NCBI GenBank assembly: GCA_964642545.1
Contig: CAZXQU010000001.1
Location: 37,171 to 101,170, forward strand
Length of the DNA stretch: 64,000 nt
Direction: 5' to 3'
DNA from: an uncultured Prolixibacteraceae bacterium
GTDB lineage: Bacteria; Bacteroidota; Bacteroidia; Bacteroidales; FEN-979
Positions 54,297-62,985 of the stretch are shown here, one piece after another (position 1 is the stretch's first letter; every line of letters starts with the position of its first letter). Position numbers and translations under genes: made by a program. Under the pieces are notes generated by a model that made no database searches, was not told the DNA's origin, and saw nothing but the letters and a program-made list of their open reading frames with translations.

Positions 54297-57200
54297 CTAT
54301 TTTGTCTTATCCGGAAACTCCGGCACTTCAGGCAACTCTTTTGGCCAATTTTCCAGTTCAATCATGATCAGTTCGATGGCTTTGTTCAGCTGCTCATCTT
54401 CACCGGCATACTCCTTGGCAGGATCATTGTCGACCCACACATCCGGTTCAACACCAACGCCTTCCATCGCCCATTTGTTCTCCCTGAAATCATAGTTGGC
54501 AAATTCGGGTTTCTGCAATGACCCTCCATCGATGAAGGGCAAGGATCCGCGGATCCCAATCACACCTCCCCAGGTGCGTGTACCAACCAGCTTACCAAGG
54601 TTCAATTGTTTAAACTGGTACGGGAAGAGGTCACCATCAGATGCAGAATACTGGTCGATCAAACAGATCTTCGGACCCCACATAAATGGGATCCTTCCGG
54701 GAACGGGATCGGTATTTCGCGCCATCCGCATAATCACTGCTTCTCGCTTTAGGCGCTCGATAATCATAGGGGAGACATTTCCTCCGCCATTTCCACGGTC
54801 ATCAATAATCAGCGCACGTTTGGTAAGCTGCGGGTAGAAATATTTCACAAATTCGTTTAGTCCGCCCGGACCCATATCAGGGATGTGAATGTATCCGACC
54901 TCCCCGTTTGTTGCCTCATTCACTTTGATGATATTCTCCTGCACCCAGTTATAGTAGTACAGATCAGCTTCATCAGCGACCGGCACAACAATTGTTTTAT
55001 GTGACCCATCCGCATCAGGCTTTCCGTTCACTGTAAGCTCAACCTGAACGCCGGCTTTATTCACAAGTGATTGGTAGAAATCGTTCATCACTTTTGTGGA
55101 GATGCCGTCAACGGCAATAATGAAATCACCCTTAGCCACAGTAACACCCATTTCGGACAGAGGGGAGCGGTTCTTTGTTGACCAATTCTCACCTTGCAGG
55201 ATCTCATTAATACGGTAATAACCTGATTTATCCCGTGTGATGGTAGCTCCCAGAAGCCCCAATTTGATCCTTTCGGGCTTGGGCTTATCTCCAGCACTTA
55301 CATAAGCATGTCCAACGTTGAGTTCACCAATCATCTCACCGATGATATAATTAAGATCATTCCGGTTGTTCACATAAGGTACCAGGGGAGCATATTTCGC
55401 CCGGATGACATCCCAGTCTAAGCCATGCATGTTTGGGGCATAAAAGAAATACTTCATCTGACGCCACGACTCATTGAAGATCTGATTCCATTCAGCCTGC
55501 AGGTCCACCATAATCTTCATGTTAGAAAGATCCACATAATCCTTTTCAGTGATCTTGGATTTGGGAAGGTCTATCACAGCATATTTATCCTCTTTTACCA
55601 GTAACATCTTCTTATGGCTGGAAGCGATTTCATAGTTCCCATATTCACCCAGTTCCGTCTCTTTCTTATCCTTCAGGTTAAAGAAACAGAGTGTAGGTTG
55701 ATCGCCACGTTTGTTTTTGACATAATACACATCACCATCAAGGGCACTAATTCCCCAGTAGATCCCGGCATCCAGCGGAAGTTTAACCGTTCGGGCCATA
55801 ATTCCATCAAGATCAACTTTCATATCCAGATGTTTACTGTCATCTTTTTCTTTCGTATTTGGCTCCGCCGAACTCTTCTTCGCTTCTTTTCCTAATTTCG
55901 AATTTCCATCCTCATTTACCTCCACTTCATCGTTCTCATAAGCAAAGGGAGAGGGAGTACTTTTCGCCAGGGTAACGAAATAGATATTACTCATATCATT
56001 GTATGCATGATTCCACTCTGTCCAGCTGTATATCGGATTGAAATCACGATTGGATGCAAAAAAGAGGTATTTCCCATCCGAAGAGAAAGCCGGTTCTCCA
56101 ACATCATACCATCCGTCAGTGACAGGAGTGGAAGTTCCGGAAGCCAGTTCATACAGAAAGATCTTTGACTCTCCGCGTTGAACAGGCTCTGTAAATGCAA
56201 TCCATTTACTATCAGGCGACCATGTATAATCCTGGTATTCAAATGCTTTTGTTTGGGCAACAGTCACCACCTTTTTCGTTTCAATATCAACATACTGCAA
56301 TCGTAGCATCTTATCGCTCCACATCAACTTTTTTCTGTCGGGCGACCACATAGGAAAATATTTATACGTGTCGGCATTTTTTGTAATCTGAACCGCCGGT
56401 TCACTTCCATCCTGGTTGATGATGTAGATTTCATCTTCACCCGTTTGATCTGAGACAAAAGAGAGGTACTTTCCGTCAGGCGACCACGCCACATCACGGT
56501 CATGAGCACCTGAAGAGAGTGTCAGGTCCTTTGTTATTCCTGATTTGACCGGGACAGTAAAGATATCGCCCCGTGCATCAAATCCAAGTCGTTTGCCATC
56601 AGGGGAAATTGTAAACGAGTTGATGATCTTACTGGCGTCTTTCAGCTGATTTCTTCCTGTGATGAAGTCGTTTGCAATGCTGATATCTATTTTTGAAGAC
56701 TGCTCAGTAACCAGGTCAAAAGTATAGAGATATCCCCCATTCTCGTAAATGATCGCAGCATCTCCCATTGAGGGAAACTTCACATCATAGTTAGTATAGT
56801 TGGTGAGTTTTCTAGTCTCCTTTGTTTTCAGGTCGATGACAAAAAGATTCATGGTACGGTCGCGGTCGGAACAAAAATAGATCCTCTCCCCTCTCCACAT
56901 CGGAAAGATATCCTGGGCAGGATTGTTGGTAAGATTCTCTGTTTTTTGACTGTTAAAATCATGGATCCAGATGTCGTCGGCCATGCCTCCTCGGTAATAC
57001 TTCCAGGTACGAAATTCTCTGAAGACACGGTTGTAGGCAAGCTTTGTCTTATCCGGTGAGTACGAGCAGAAACCACCAACCGGCAAGGGAAGTTCTTCAG
57101 AGAGGCCGCCTTCCTTGTTGATCAGGAACAGCTGGCCTTTGAAGCTGTTGAACGATTGCTTTCTCGATCGGTAAACAATATTGTCATTGTCGCGCCAGGT

Positions 57201-57578
57201 CATTACGATGTTATTGGGTCCCATCCGGTCAGAGATATCATCCCGTCCCAGTGTTGCAGTGTATGTTAATCTCTTAGGGACTCCTCCTTGAGCAGGGATC
57301 AGAAAGACTTCTGTATTTCCATCATATTGTCCGGTAAAAGCAATGTTTGAACCATCCGGCGAAAACCGGGCAAACATCTCATAGCCGTCGGAATCGTTGG
57401 TAAGCTTGCGTGCAACTCCTCCTGTTTTAGCAACAGTATAGAGGTCTCCTGCGTATGTGAACGCGATCTGATCACCGTGGATTGCCGGAAAACGGAGTAA
57501 CCGGGCTTCATCCTGTGCACTGACAACTCCGAGAAGAAGGAATGCAAAGAGCGTAATAGCTAGTTTTTTCATTATCAT
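54297..57578 (-). CDS. tricorn protease homologue (S41 peptidase with beta-propellers and PDZ)
   Basis: 1093 aa. The N-terminus LLRFPAIHGDQIAFTYAGDLYTV is followed by TolB/WD40-like repeats (SPDG... recurring) and a PDZ-like region. The S41 core includes IIDDRGNGGG and DQYSASDGD. Confidence 0.85.
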   Translation of the reverse strand: MIMKKLAITLFAFLLLGVVSAQDEARLLRFPAIHGDQIAFTYAGDLYTVAKTGGVARKLTNDSDGYEMFARFSPDGSNIAFTGQYDGNTEVFLIPAQGGVPKRLTYTATLGRDDISDRMGPNNIVMTWRDNDNIVYRSRKQSFNSFKGQLFLINKEGGLSEELPLPVGGFCSYSPDKTKLAYNRVFREFRTWKYYRGGMADDIWIHDFNSQKTENLTNNPAQDIFPMWRGERIYFCSDRDRTMNLFVIDLKTKETRKLTNYTNYDVKFPSMGDAAIIYENGGYLYTFDLVTEQSSKIDISIANDFITGRNQLKDASKIINSFTISPDGKRLGFDARGDIFTVPVKSGITKDLTLSSGAHDRDVAWSPDGKYLSFVSDQTGEDEIYIINQDGSEPAVQITKNADTYKYFPMWSPDRKKLMWSDKMLRLQYVDIETKKVVTVAQTKAFEYQDYTWSPDSKWIAFTEPVQRGESKIFLYELASGTSTPVTDGWYDVGEPAFSSDGKYLFFASNRDFNPIYSWTEWNHAYNDMSNIYFVTLAKSTPSPFAYENDEVEVNEDGNSKLGKEAKKSSAEPNTKEKDDSKHLDMKVDLDGIMARTVKLPLDAGIYWGISALDGDVYYVKNKRGDQPTLCFFNLKDKKETELGEYGNYEIASSHKKMLLVKEDKYAVIDLPKSKITEKDYVDLSNMKIMVDLQAEWNQIFNESWRQMKYFFYAPNMHGLDWDVIRAKYAPLVPYVNNRNDLNYIIGEMIGELNVGHAYVSAGDKPKPERIKLGLLGATITRDKSGYYRINEILQGENWSTKNRSPLSEMGVTVAKGDFIIAVDGISTKVMNDFYQSLVNKAGVQVELTVNGKPDADGSHKTIVVPVADEADLYYYNWVQENIIKVNEATNGEVGYIHIPDMGPGGLNEFVKYFYPQLTKRALIIDDRGNGGGNVSPMIIERLKREAVIMRMARNTDPVPGRIPFMWGPKICLIDQYSASDGDLFPYQFKQLNLGKLVGTRTWGGVIGIRGSLPFIDGGSLQKPEFANYDFRENKWAMEGVGVEPDVWVDNDPAKEYAGEDEQLNKAIELIMIELENWPKELPEVPEFPDKTK

Positions 57579-57606
57579 AAAATTGCGTTAGACTTCTGTT
57601 ACAAGC

Positions 57607-57614
57607 CAAAAATA
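57607..57614 (-). promoter_or_regulatory. -7 box for the tricorn protease gene
   Basis: The minus strand reads TATTTTTG, 28 nt upstream of the ATG at 57578. Confidence 0.5.
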
Positions 57615-57774
57615 CCCAGAATTCATGGAATGGGAAACAATTTTTGATGACAATATCTTTTTACACGATAAGATTTAAACCTCTCACCTTATTTATTCCC
57701 TGGTTTAATTGTCAGTTGAGCAAGGTGTAAAAGAATTCATATCCCCATGTGTAAATTCATCGAGGAGAAAATCA

Positions 57775-57782
57775 TATTTTTG
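57775..57782 (+). promoter_or_regulatory. -7 box for the OsmC gene
   Basis: TATTTTTG is present. The predicted ~75-nt leader is mostly heptamer array. Confidence 0.5.
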
Positions 57783-57803
57783 CAGAAAAACCGAAAGCTG
57801 GAT

Positions 57804-57859
57804 CCCAGATCCCAGATCCCAGATCCCAAATCTCTAATCCCTAATCCCTAATCCCTGAT
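57804..57859. repeat. morphing heptamer array x8 (CCCAGAT to CCCTAAT) in the OsmC leader
   Basis: The units are cccagat x3, cccaaat, ctctaat, ccctaat x2, ccctgat. The array lies between the -7 box (57775-57782) and the ATG at 57865. Confidence 0.95.
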
Positions 57860-57864
57860 TCTTT

Positions 57865-58260
57865 ATGTCAATTGAAGTAAAATTTCCAGGCGGAGTGAAA
57901 GTAGACGCCCTTATCGAACCATTTGTAATTTCCACAGACCAGCCTGTCAGAGGAGGCGGAGAGGGTACAGCCCCTGCTCCTTTCTCACTATTTCTTGCAT
58001 CACTTGCAACCTGTGCCGGCTATTATGTAAAAGCTTTCTGTGACTCACGTCAGCTCTTCTCGGAAGGGGTTTCCCTTACAATGGATACAATATATGATCC
58101 ATTGAACAAAATGATTGGAAAGATCATTATTAAGATTATCGTTCCAATGGATTTTCCAGAGAAATATGATAATGCCCTGATCAATGCAGCCAATGTGTGT
58201 GCTGTGAAACGGCATCTGTCTGACCAGATTGAGGTCGAAACCCTTGTTGTAAGAGAATAA
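57865..58260 (+). CDS. OsmC family protein (peroxiredoxin-like)
   Basis: 131 aa. It has an OsmC-like pattern with two cysteines (LASLATCAGYY ... NVCAVKRHL). Confidence 0.75.
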   Translation: MSIEVKFPGGVKVDALIEPFVISTDQPVRGGGEGTAPAPFSLFLASLATCAGYYVKAFCDSRQLFSEGVSLTMDTIYDPLNKMIGKIIIKIIVPMDFPEKYDNALINAANVCAVKRHLSDQIEVETLVVRE

Positions 58261-58288
58261 GGCACAGGGCACAAGGCACAGGGCACAG
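58261..58288. repeat. heptamer array (GGCACAG) x4 starting immediately after the OsmC stop codon
   Basis: The units are ggcacag ggcacaa ggcacag ggcacag. The array is the left flank of the PLP-enzyme remnant. Confidence 0.92.
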
Positions 58289-58413
58289 GAGAATGCCATG
58301 AAAGTTGCCGAATACCTAGAAGCACATCCCAAAGTAGCATGGGTTAAGTACCCCGGGCATAACGTGGGATTCTGTGTTTTGGCTGTATCCCTTGGGGGAA
58401 TAGAGACCCTGAT
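58289..58413 (+). pseudogene. remnant of a Cys/Met-metabolism PLP enzyme (cystathionine gamma-synthase / methionine gamma-lyase / OAH sulfhydrylase family)
   Basis: The translation ENAMKVAEYLEAHPKVAWVKYPG...FCVLAVSLGGIETLIQYPAS matches two conserved C-terminal blocks of the family (..NA.KVAEFL..HP.V..V.YPGL and F..A.SLGG.ESLI.HPASMTH). About 40 aa between the blocks are missing, as are the whole N-terminal ~300 aa and the last ~40 aa. The remnant is flanked by heptamer arrays on both sides. Confidence 0.6.
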
Positions 58414-58448
58414 CCAGTATCCAGCATCCAGCATCTGGCATCCAGCAT
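58414..58448. repeat. heptamer array (CCAGCAT) x5, right flank of the PLP-enzyme remnant
   Basis: The units are ccagtat ccagcat ccagcat ctggcat ccagcat. They read as YPASSIWHPAS in the remnant frame. Confidence 0.92.
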
Positions 58449-58495
58449 CAAAAATATCGCGTATATTTGTCCGTTTGATACGTAAACTGATTCGG

Positions 58496-60796
58496 ATGAT
58501 CCGCCAGCTGAAGATACTTATATCCTTTCTGGTCATATTAATCACACTGTTTCCTTCTCCTGGTTTCTCCCAGAAGGTAGCCCTTGTGCTTTCGGGAGGC
58601 GGAGCACGCGGGGCAGCCCATATCGGGGTAATCAGGGCACTCGAAGAGAACCAGATTCCGATCAACTATATAGTTGGTACTTCTATAGGTGCCATCGTTG
58701 GAGCTCTGTACGCCATTGGTTACACTCCTGATGAGATCGAGCAACTGATGAGCTCTCCTGAATTTTCCAATTGGGCATCCGGCTCAATTGACGAAAAGTA
58801 CCGTTATTATTTCAGGAAAGATGATCCTACTCCCTCCTGGGTATCCCTTGATTTCAATCCCAAAAAGAAATTAAGTACAGTTATTCCAACCAACCTGATC
58901 AATCCATATGAGATTGATTTTGAGTTCATGCGCCTGCTGGGACCTGCAGCAGCGGCAGCCTGTTATAATTTCGATAACCTGATGGTCCCATTCCGGTGTG
59001 TTTTATCAGATATTGATTCCACACAACCATTGGTAATGAGAGGGGGGAATCTCAGTACAGCAGTTCGGGGATCCATGTCTATTCCTTTGATTTACAATCC
59101 TTTACGATATAATGATAAATTACTTTTCGATGGTGGCATGTACAACAATTTCCCGGCAAATGTTGCACAGGAGGACTTTCATCCGGATGTTATCATTGGA
59201 TCAAGGGTGGCCCAGCGTTATAGCAAAGCTGACCCCGACGATGTGATCAGTCAGCTTATGATCATGTTGATGGAACGACAGAATGACACCATTACCTACC
59301 CAAACTCAGTGATGATCGTGCCTTCAATTCCCAAAATCAACCTGCTTGATTTTTCACAGACTGAAATTTTGGCTGATAGTGGCTATTTGGCGGCTATCTC
59401 AATGATCCCTGAGATTCGAAAGCTGGTAGCAGACACCATTACTCCCGAAGTTCTCCTCAGGAAGAGGACTATCTTCAAGGCCAAAGAACCTGAGATGTTA
59501 TTTGATTCTATCGTTGTAACAGGACTCACAAAAGCGCAGGCTCAGTATGTCCAAAAAATATTGAAGCACAACCAAAAGACTGTTACCATCAATGAATTAA
59601 AAAAGGCCTATTTCAGATTCATTGATGAAGGTTTTGTCAAGACGATTTTCCCTACTACAAGGTACAACCCACAAACTGGATATTATGACCTTTACCTGGA
59701 TATTCAAAAAGCTCCAGGTTTCAACGTGCAATTTGGCGGAAACCTCTCCCTGGGGACCAGCAATGAAGGATTTCTTCAGCTTCGGTACAAATATCTTTGG
59801 AACCATGCGATCAGGGTTCTGGCGAACGGATATTTTGGCAGATTCTATAGTTCTGCTAAGGTTGGCGGGCGGATTGACTTCACATCAAAACTACCCTGGT
59901 ATCTGGAACTTTACTACACATATAACAATTACAACTATTTCAATAATACGACCTATTTCTTTGATGACCTGACACCCTCAAATATCAAGCAATGGGAGAG
60001 TTTTACTTCCCTAAAAGGGGGTATCCCTATTACGAACAAAGGGAAACTTACCCTGGGATTAATCAATGCGATTACCTCTTCTGATTATTACCAAACCAAT
60101 GATTTTTCGCGACTCGATACAGCTGATCAAACCAAATTTAATTACTTCACTCCCAGGATCTGTTTTGAGCTGAATAGTCTGAATCGAAAACAATACGCCA
60201 ATGCCGGAGCCCGTCTTAGCATTTCACTGACATATGTGAACGGGAGGGAGATTCTCATTCCCGGGTCCCAGTCAGCCAACAAATCAGAACAAACCGTGTA
60301 TCATGAATGGCTTGAGATCAAAGGAATTTACGATAATTATTTTGAAACCATAGGTCCGCTCAAACTTGGCTTTTTTGGAGAAGTTTGCATAACCAACCAG
60401 CCATTTTTCTTAAACTACACATCCTCTATTATGTATTCACCAGCATTCCAACCGCTTCCGGAAATGCAGTCTTTATTCCTGCCTCAATTCAGGGCCTCTA
60501 GTTACCTGGCAGGTGGATTGAAAGCCATTTTAACAATCTATAAAAAGCTGGAAATCAGAGCCGAAGGTTATATATTTCAACCATATCAACAAATCCTGCA
60601 AAGCCCCATTGATTATACCGCGTACCATGGGCCAATCCTGAGTGACCGATCATACATTGCAGCAGCAACGCTCGTTTACCACACGTTTCTTGGGCCATTG
60701 AGTGCCGGCTTTAGTTTCTATGACAAATTACAAGATCCCTTTACCTTCAATCTCAATTTCGGGTATATCATCTTTAATCGTAGTGCCTTACCATAA
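58496..60796 (+). CDS. patatin-like phospholipase fused to an Omp85/BamA-like beta-barrel (PlpD-like)
   Basis: The signal peptide starts at ATG 58496 (MIRQLKILISFLVILITLF). Patatin motifs are present: GGGARG, GTSIG (GxSxG) and FDGG (catalytic Asp). The C-terminal ~450 aa are aromatic-rich and barrel-like. The ORF-track start at 58298 would fuse the pseudogene remnant onto it. Confidence 0.82.
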   Translation: MIRQLKILISFLVILITLFPSPGFSQKVALVLSGGGARGAAHIGVIRALEENQIPINYIVGTSIGAIVGALYAIGYTPDEIEQLMSSPEFSNWASGSIDEKYRYYFRKDDPTPSWVSLDFNPKKKLSTVIPTNLINPYEIDFEFMRLLGPAAAAACYNFDNLMVPFRCVLSDIDSTQPLVMRGGNLSTAVRGSMSIPLIYNPLRYNDKLLFDGGMYNNFPANVAQEDFHPDVIIGSRVAQRYSKADPDDVISQLMIMLMERQNDTITYPNSVMIVPSIPKINLLDFSQTEILADSGYLAAISMIPEIRKLVADTITPEVLLRKRTIFKAKEPEMLFDSIVVTGLTKAQAQYVQKILKHNQKTVTINELKKAYFRFIDEGFVKTIFPTTRYNPQTGYYDLYLDIQKAPGFNVQFGGNLSLGTSNEGFLQLRYKYLWNHAIRVLANGYFGRFYSSAKVGGRIDFTSKLPWYLELYYTYNNYNYFNNTTYFFDDLTPSNIKQWESFTSLKGGIPITNKGKLTLGLINAITSSDYYQTNDFSRLDTADQTKFNYFTPRICFELNSLNRKQYANAGARLSISLTYVNGREILIPGSQSANKSEQTVYHEWLEIKGIYDNYFETIGPLKLGFFGEVCITNQPFFLNYTSSIMYSPAFQPLPEMQSLFLPQFRASSYLAGGLKAILTIYKKLEIRAEGYIFQPYQQILQSPIDYTAYHGPILSDRSYIAAATLVYHTFLGPLSAGFSFYDKLQDPFTFNLNFGYIIFNRSALP

Positions 60797-60828
60797 TCAC
60801 CGTTATATTGCGGTATCAGAATAAATAC

Positions 60829-60836
60829 TATTTTTG
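60829..60836 (+). promoter_or_regulatory. -7 box for the DUF349 gene
   Basis: TATTTTTG lies 71 nt upstream of the ATG at 60908. Confidence 0.45.
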
Positions 60837-60907
60837 CAATTGAAAACACGACTTACCGGCATCGTTCGGAACCTTCAGAGTATTATTTATATGACGTTTG
60901 TTAACTC

Positions 60908-62983
60908 ATGGAAAACAAAGAGCACACCAATCAGAATCCTGATCTGGAACAAAATCCAGTTCAGGAGGAGAATTCTTCACCTGTTGAATTAAAGGAAACA
61001 TCCACAGAGACCCCGGAAACAGTTCCGGCGGCAACTGATTCTACCGAAGAAAAACCTTCCCAACCAGAAACAACTGAGAATGAGACTGACACTCCAGTTG
61101 TACCGGCAGAAATTCCGACCGCTGCCGAAGAAGAGACATCAGAATCCATTCCTGAAGAGATAGCAGTGGACGAGCCGCAAGCTGTTGAAGAGGTCCCTCC
61201 TATTGATGAGCCCACTGAATCAGTGGAGGAGGAAACGCATGAAGATGAGGAGGATCTTCACCTTCAATTGACAGACGAAAACATCAACCAGTATAGCCAG
61301 GCTCAGCTTCTTGATCTTTTAGAGGTTGCTGTCGCCGAAGCCGATCTCAATGCCGTAAAGGCACGGATTGCCATGATTAAGATGGCTTTCCTGAAGAAAC
61401 GTGACGAATTGCATGAACCGGTTGATATAGATGAAGATAGGGACAACCCACCTGTAAAAAACAAGGAGCAAGACGAGTTAAATATCCGGTTTGAAGCCCT
61501 GTTTAGTGTTTACAAAGCCAACAAAGGGCGTTTCATGGCAGAGCAGGAGAAGCTTAAAAAAGAGAACCTGGAGCGAAAACGCCAGATTCTTGAAGAGCTG
61601 CGAAACCTGATCAGCTCTGACGAGACGCTTAAGAAAACATACGATGAGTTCAAAATCCTACAGGACCAGTGGAAAGAGGTTGGGATGGTGCCGAGAGGTG
61701 AAATCAACGATCTCTGGCAAAATTACCACTTCCTTGTTGAGAAATTTTTCGAAAAAGTCAAGCTGAATAAAGAGCTTAAAGACCTCGACCTGAGGAAGAA
61801 CCTCGAAGCCAAAATTGAACTCTGCGAAAAAACAGAAGAGTTGCTACTGGAGCCATCCGTCTTGAAGTCCTTCAAACAACTTCAGAAATACCATGACGAA
61901 TGGAAGGATATTGGGCCTGCTCCAACGGATAAAAAGGATGAGGTATGGGATCGCTTTAAGAACGCTACCGATAAAATCAATGAGCGTCGCCGCGAGTATT
62001 ATGCATCTCTTGAAGAAGAGCAAAACAACAACCTGGAGACCAAAAACGCGTTGTGCCAACAGGCCGAAGAGGTCTTGACGAATCGAAATGAGACGGTCAA
62101 AGAGTGGCAGGATCAAACGCTCAAAGTCAATGAACTCCTGAAGATATGGAAGAGTATAGGACCGGTTCCTCAAAAAAATAATGCTGAAATCTGGACAAGG
62201 TTCAAAGGGTGCCTTGATAGTTTTTTTGCCAGCAAAAAAGAGTTCTTCGATCGCGTGAAGGATCAGCAGATGCACAATTACAACATGAAAGTTGACCTCT
62301 GTGCCCAGGCTGAAGCCGTCAAGGGAAGCACCGACTGGAAAAAGAGCACCAATGAATTAATTCATCTGCAGGAGGAGTGGAAAAAAATTGGCCCCGTACC
62401 GCGTAAACACTCTGACAAGATCTGGAAACGGTTCCGTTCGGCCTGTGATGATTTTTTTAAGACCAAATCGGCTTACTTCGCCAACATCCATACCCATGAG
62501 GATGAGAATATGAAGGCGAAAGAGGAGCTTCTATCCAAGCTTAAAAGTCATCAGTTCACCGAAGATAAGAGCAAAAATCTCGATGACTTGAAAACCTTCC
62601 AACGAGAATGGACTCAAATTGGCCATGTCCCTTTTAAAGAGCGTGACCGCCTTCAAAATGAATTCCGTAAACTGGTGAATGAACATCTTGATAAACTTAA
62701 GATAAGTGAAGTTGAGATGACTGCCATCAGTTACCAATCGAAGATGGAGTCAATGATGAACGATCCCCAGTCCAAACGGATAATCATACGGGAGAAGGAA
62801 AACCTGTCAGCCAAGATCAGCAAGCTTCGTGAAGACATTAATCTCTGGGAAAATAATATCGGCTTCCTCGCCAATTCAAAAAACGCCAACATTCTTAAAG
62901 ATGAATTCGAAAAGAAGATTGACCTGGCTAAAAATGATCTGAAGGTGATGGAGGCGAAGGTTAAAATATTACGGCAGCAATAA
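60908..62983 (+). CDS. DUF349 repeat protein with an acidic disordered N-terminus
   Basis: At least five repeats have the form W(K/Q)xIGPVP...(IW/VW)xRF (e.g. WKEVGMVPRGEINDLWQNY, WKDIGPAPTDKKDEVWDRF, WKSIGPVPQKNNAEIWTRF, WKKIGPVPRKHSDKIWKRF, WTQIGHVPFKERDRLQNEF). The first ~110 aa are E/T/P-rich. Confidence 0.8.
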   Translation: MENKEHTNQNPDLEQNPVQEENSSPVELKETSTETPETVPAATDSTEEKPSQPETTENETDTPVVPAEIPTAAEEETSESIPEEIAVDEPQAVEEVPPIDEPTESVEEETHEDEEDLHLQLTDENINQYSQAQLLDLLEVAVAEADLNAVKARIAMIKMAFLKKRDELHEPVDIDEDRDNPPVKNKEQDELNIRFEALFSVYKANKGRFMAEQEKLKKENLERKRQILEELRNLISSDETLKKTYDEFKILQDQWKEVGMVPRGEINDLWQNYHFLVEKFFEKVKLNKELKDLDLRKNLEAKIELCEKTEELLLEPSVLKSFKQLQKYHDEWKDIGPAPTDKKDEVWDRFKNATDKINERRREYYASLEEEQNNNLETKNALCQQAEEVLTNRNETVKEWQDQTLKVNELLKIWKSIGPVPQKNNAEIWTRFKGCLDSFFASKKEFFDRVKDQQMHNYNMKVDLCAQAEAVKGSTDWKKSTNELIHLQEEWKKIGPVPRKHSDKIWKRFRSACDDFFKTKSAYFANIHTHEDENMKAKEELLSKLKSHQFTEDKSKNLDDLKTFQREWTQIGHVPFKERDRLQNEFRKLVNEHLDKLKISEVEMTAISYQSKMESMMNDPQSKRIIIREKENLSAKISKLREDINLWENNIGFLANSKNANILKDEFEKKIDLAKNDLKVMEAKVKILRQQ

Positions 62984-62985
62984 AG

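Noticed and set aside
57832-57859. CCCTAAT repeats resembling eukaryotic telomere repeats (CCCTAA/CCCTAAA), raising the possibility of contamination.
   Set aside because: There are only 3-4 copies, with a 7-nt unit differing from known telomere units. They are embedded in phase within a morphing bacterial array and flanked by bacterial genes and a Bacteroidota promoter.
58045-58665. 206-aa minus-strand ORF spanning the OsmC 3' end, both arrays, the pseudogene remnant and the patatin 5' end.
   Set aside because: It crosses several independent features on the opposite strand. Its open frame is partly maintained by repeat sequence, it has no recognisable domain, and it is interpreted as fortuitous.
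58298-60796. The 832-aa ORF-track version of the patatin gene.
   Set aside because: The first 66 residues consist of a PLP-enzyme remnant plus repeat-encoded peptide. A canonical signal peptide begins at the internal ATG 58496, so the longer form was not adopted.
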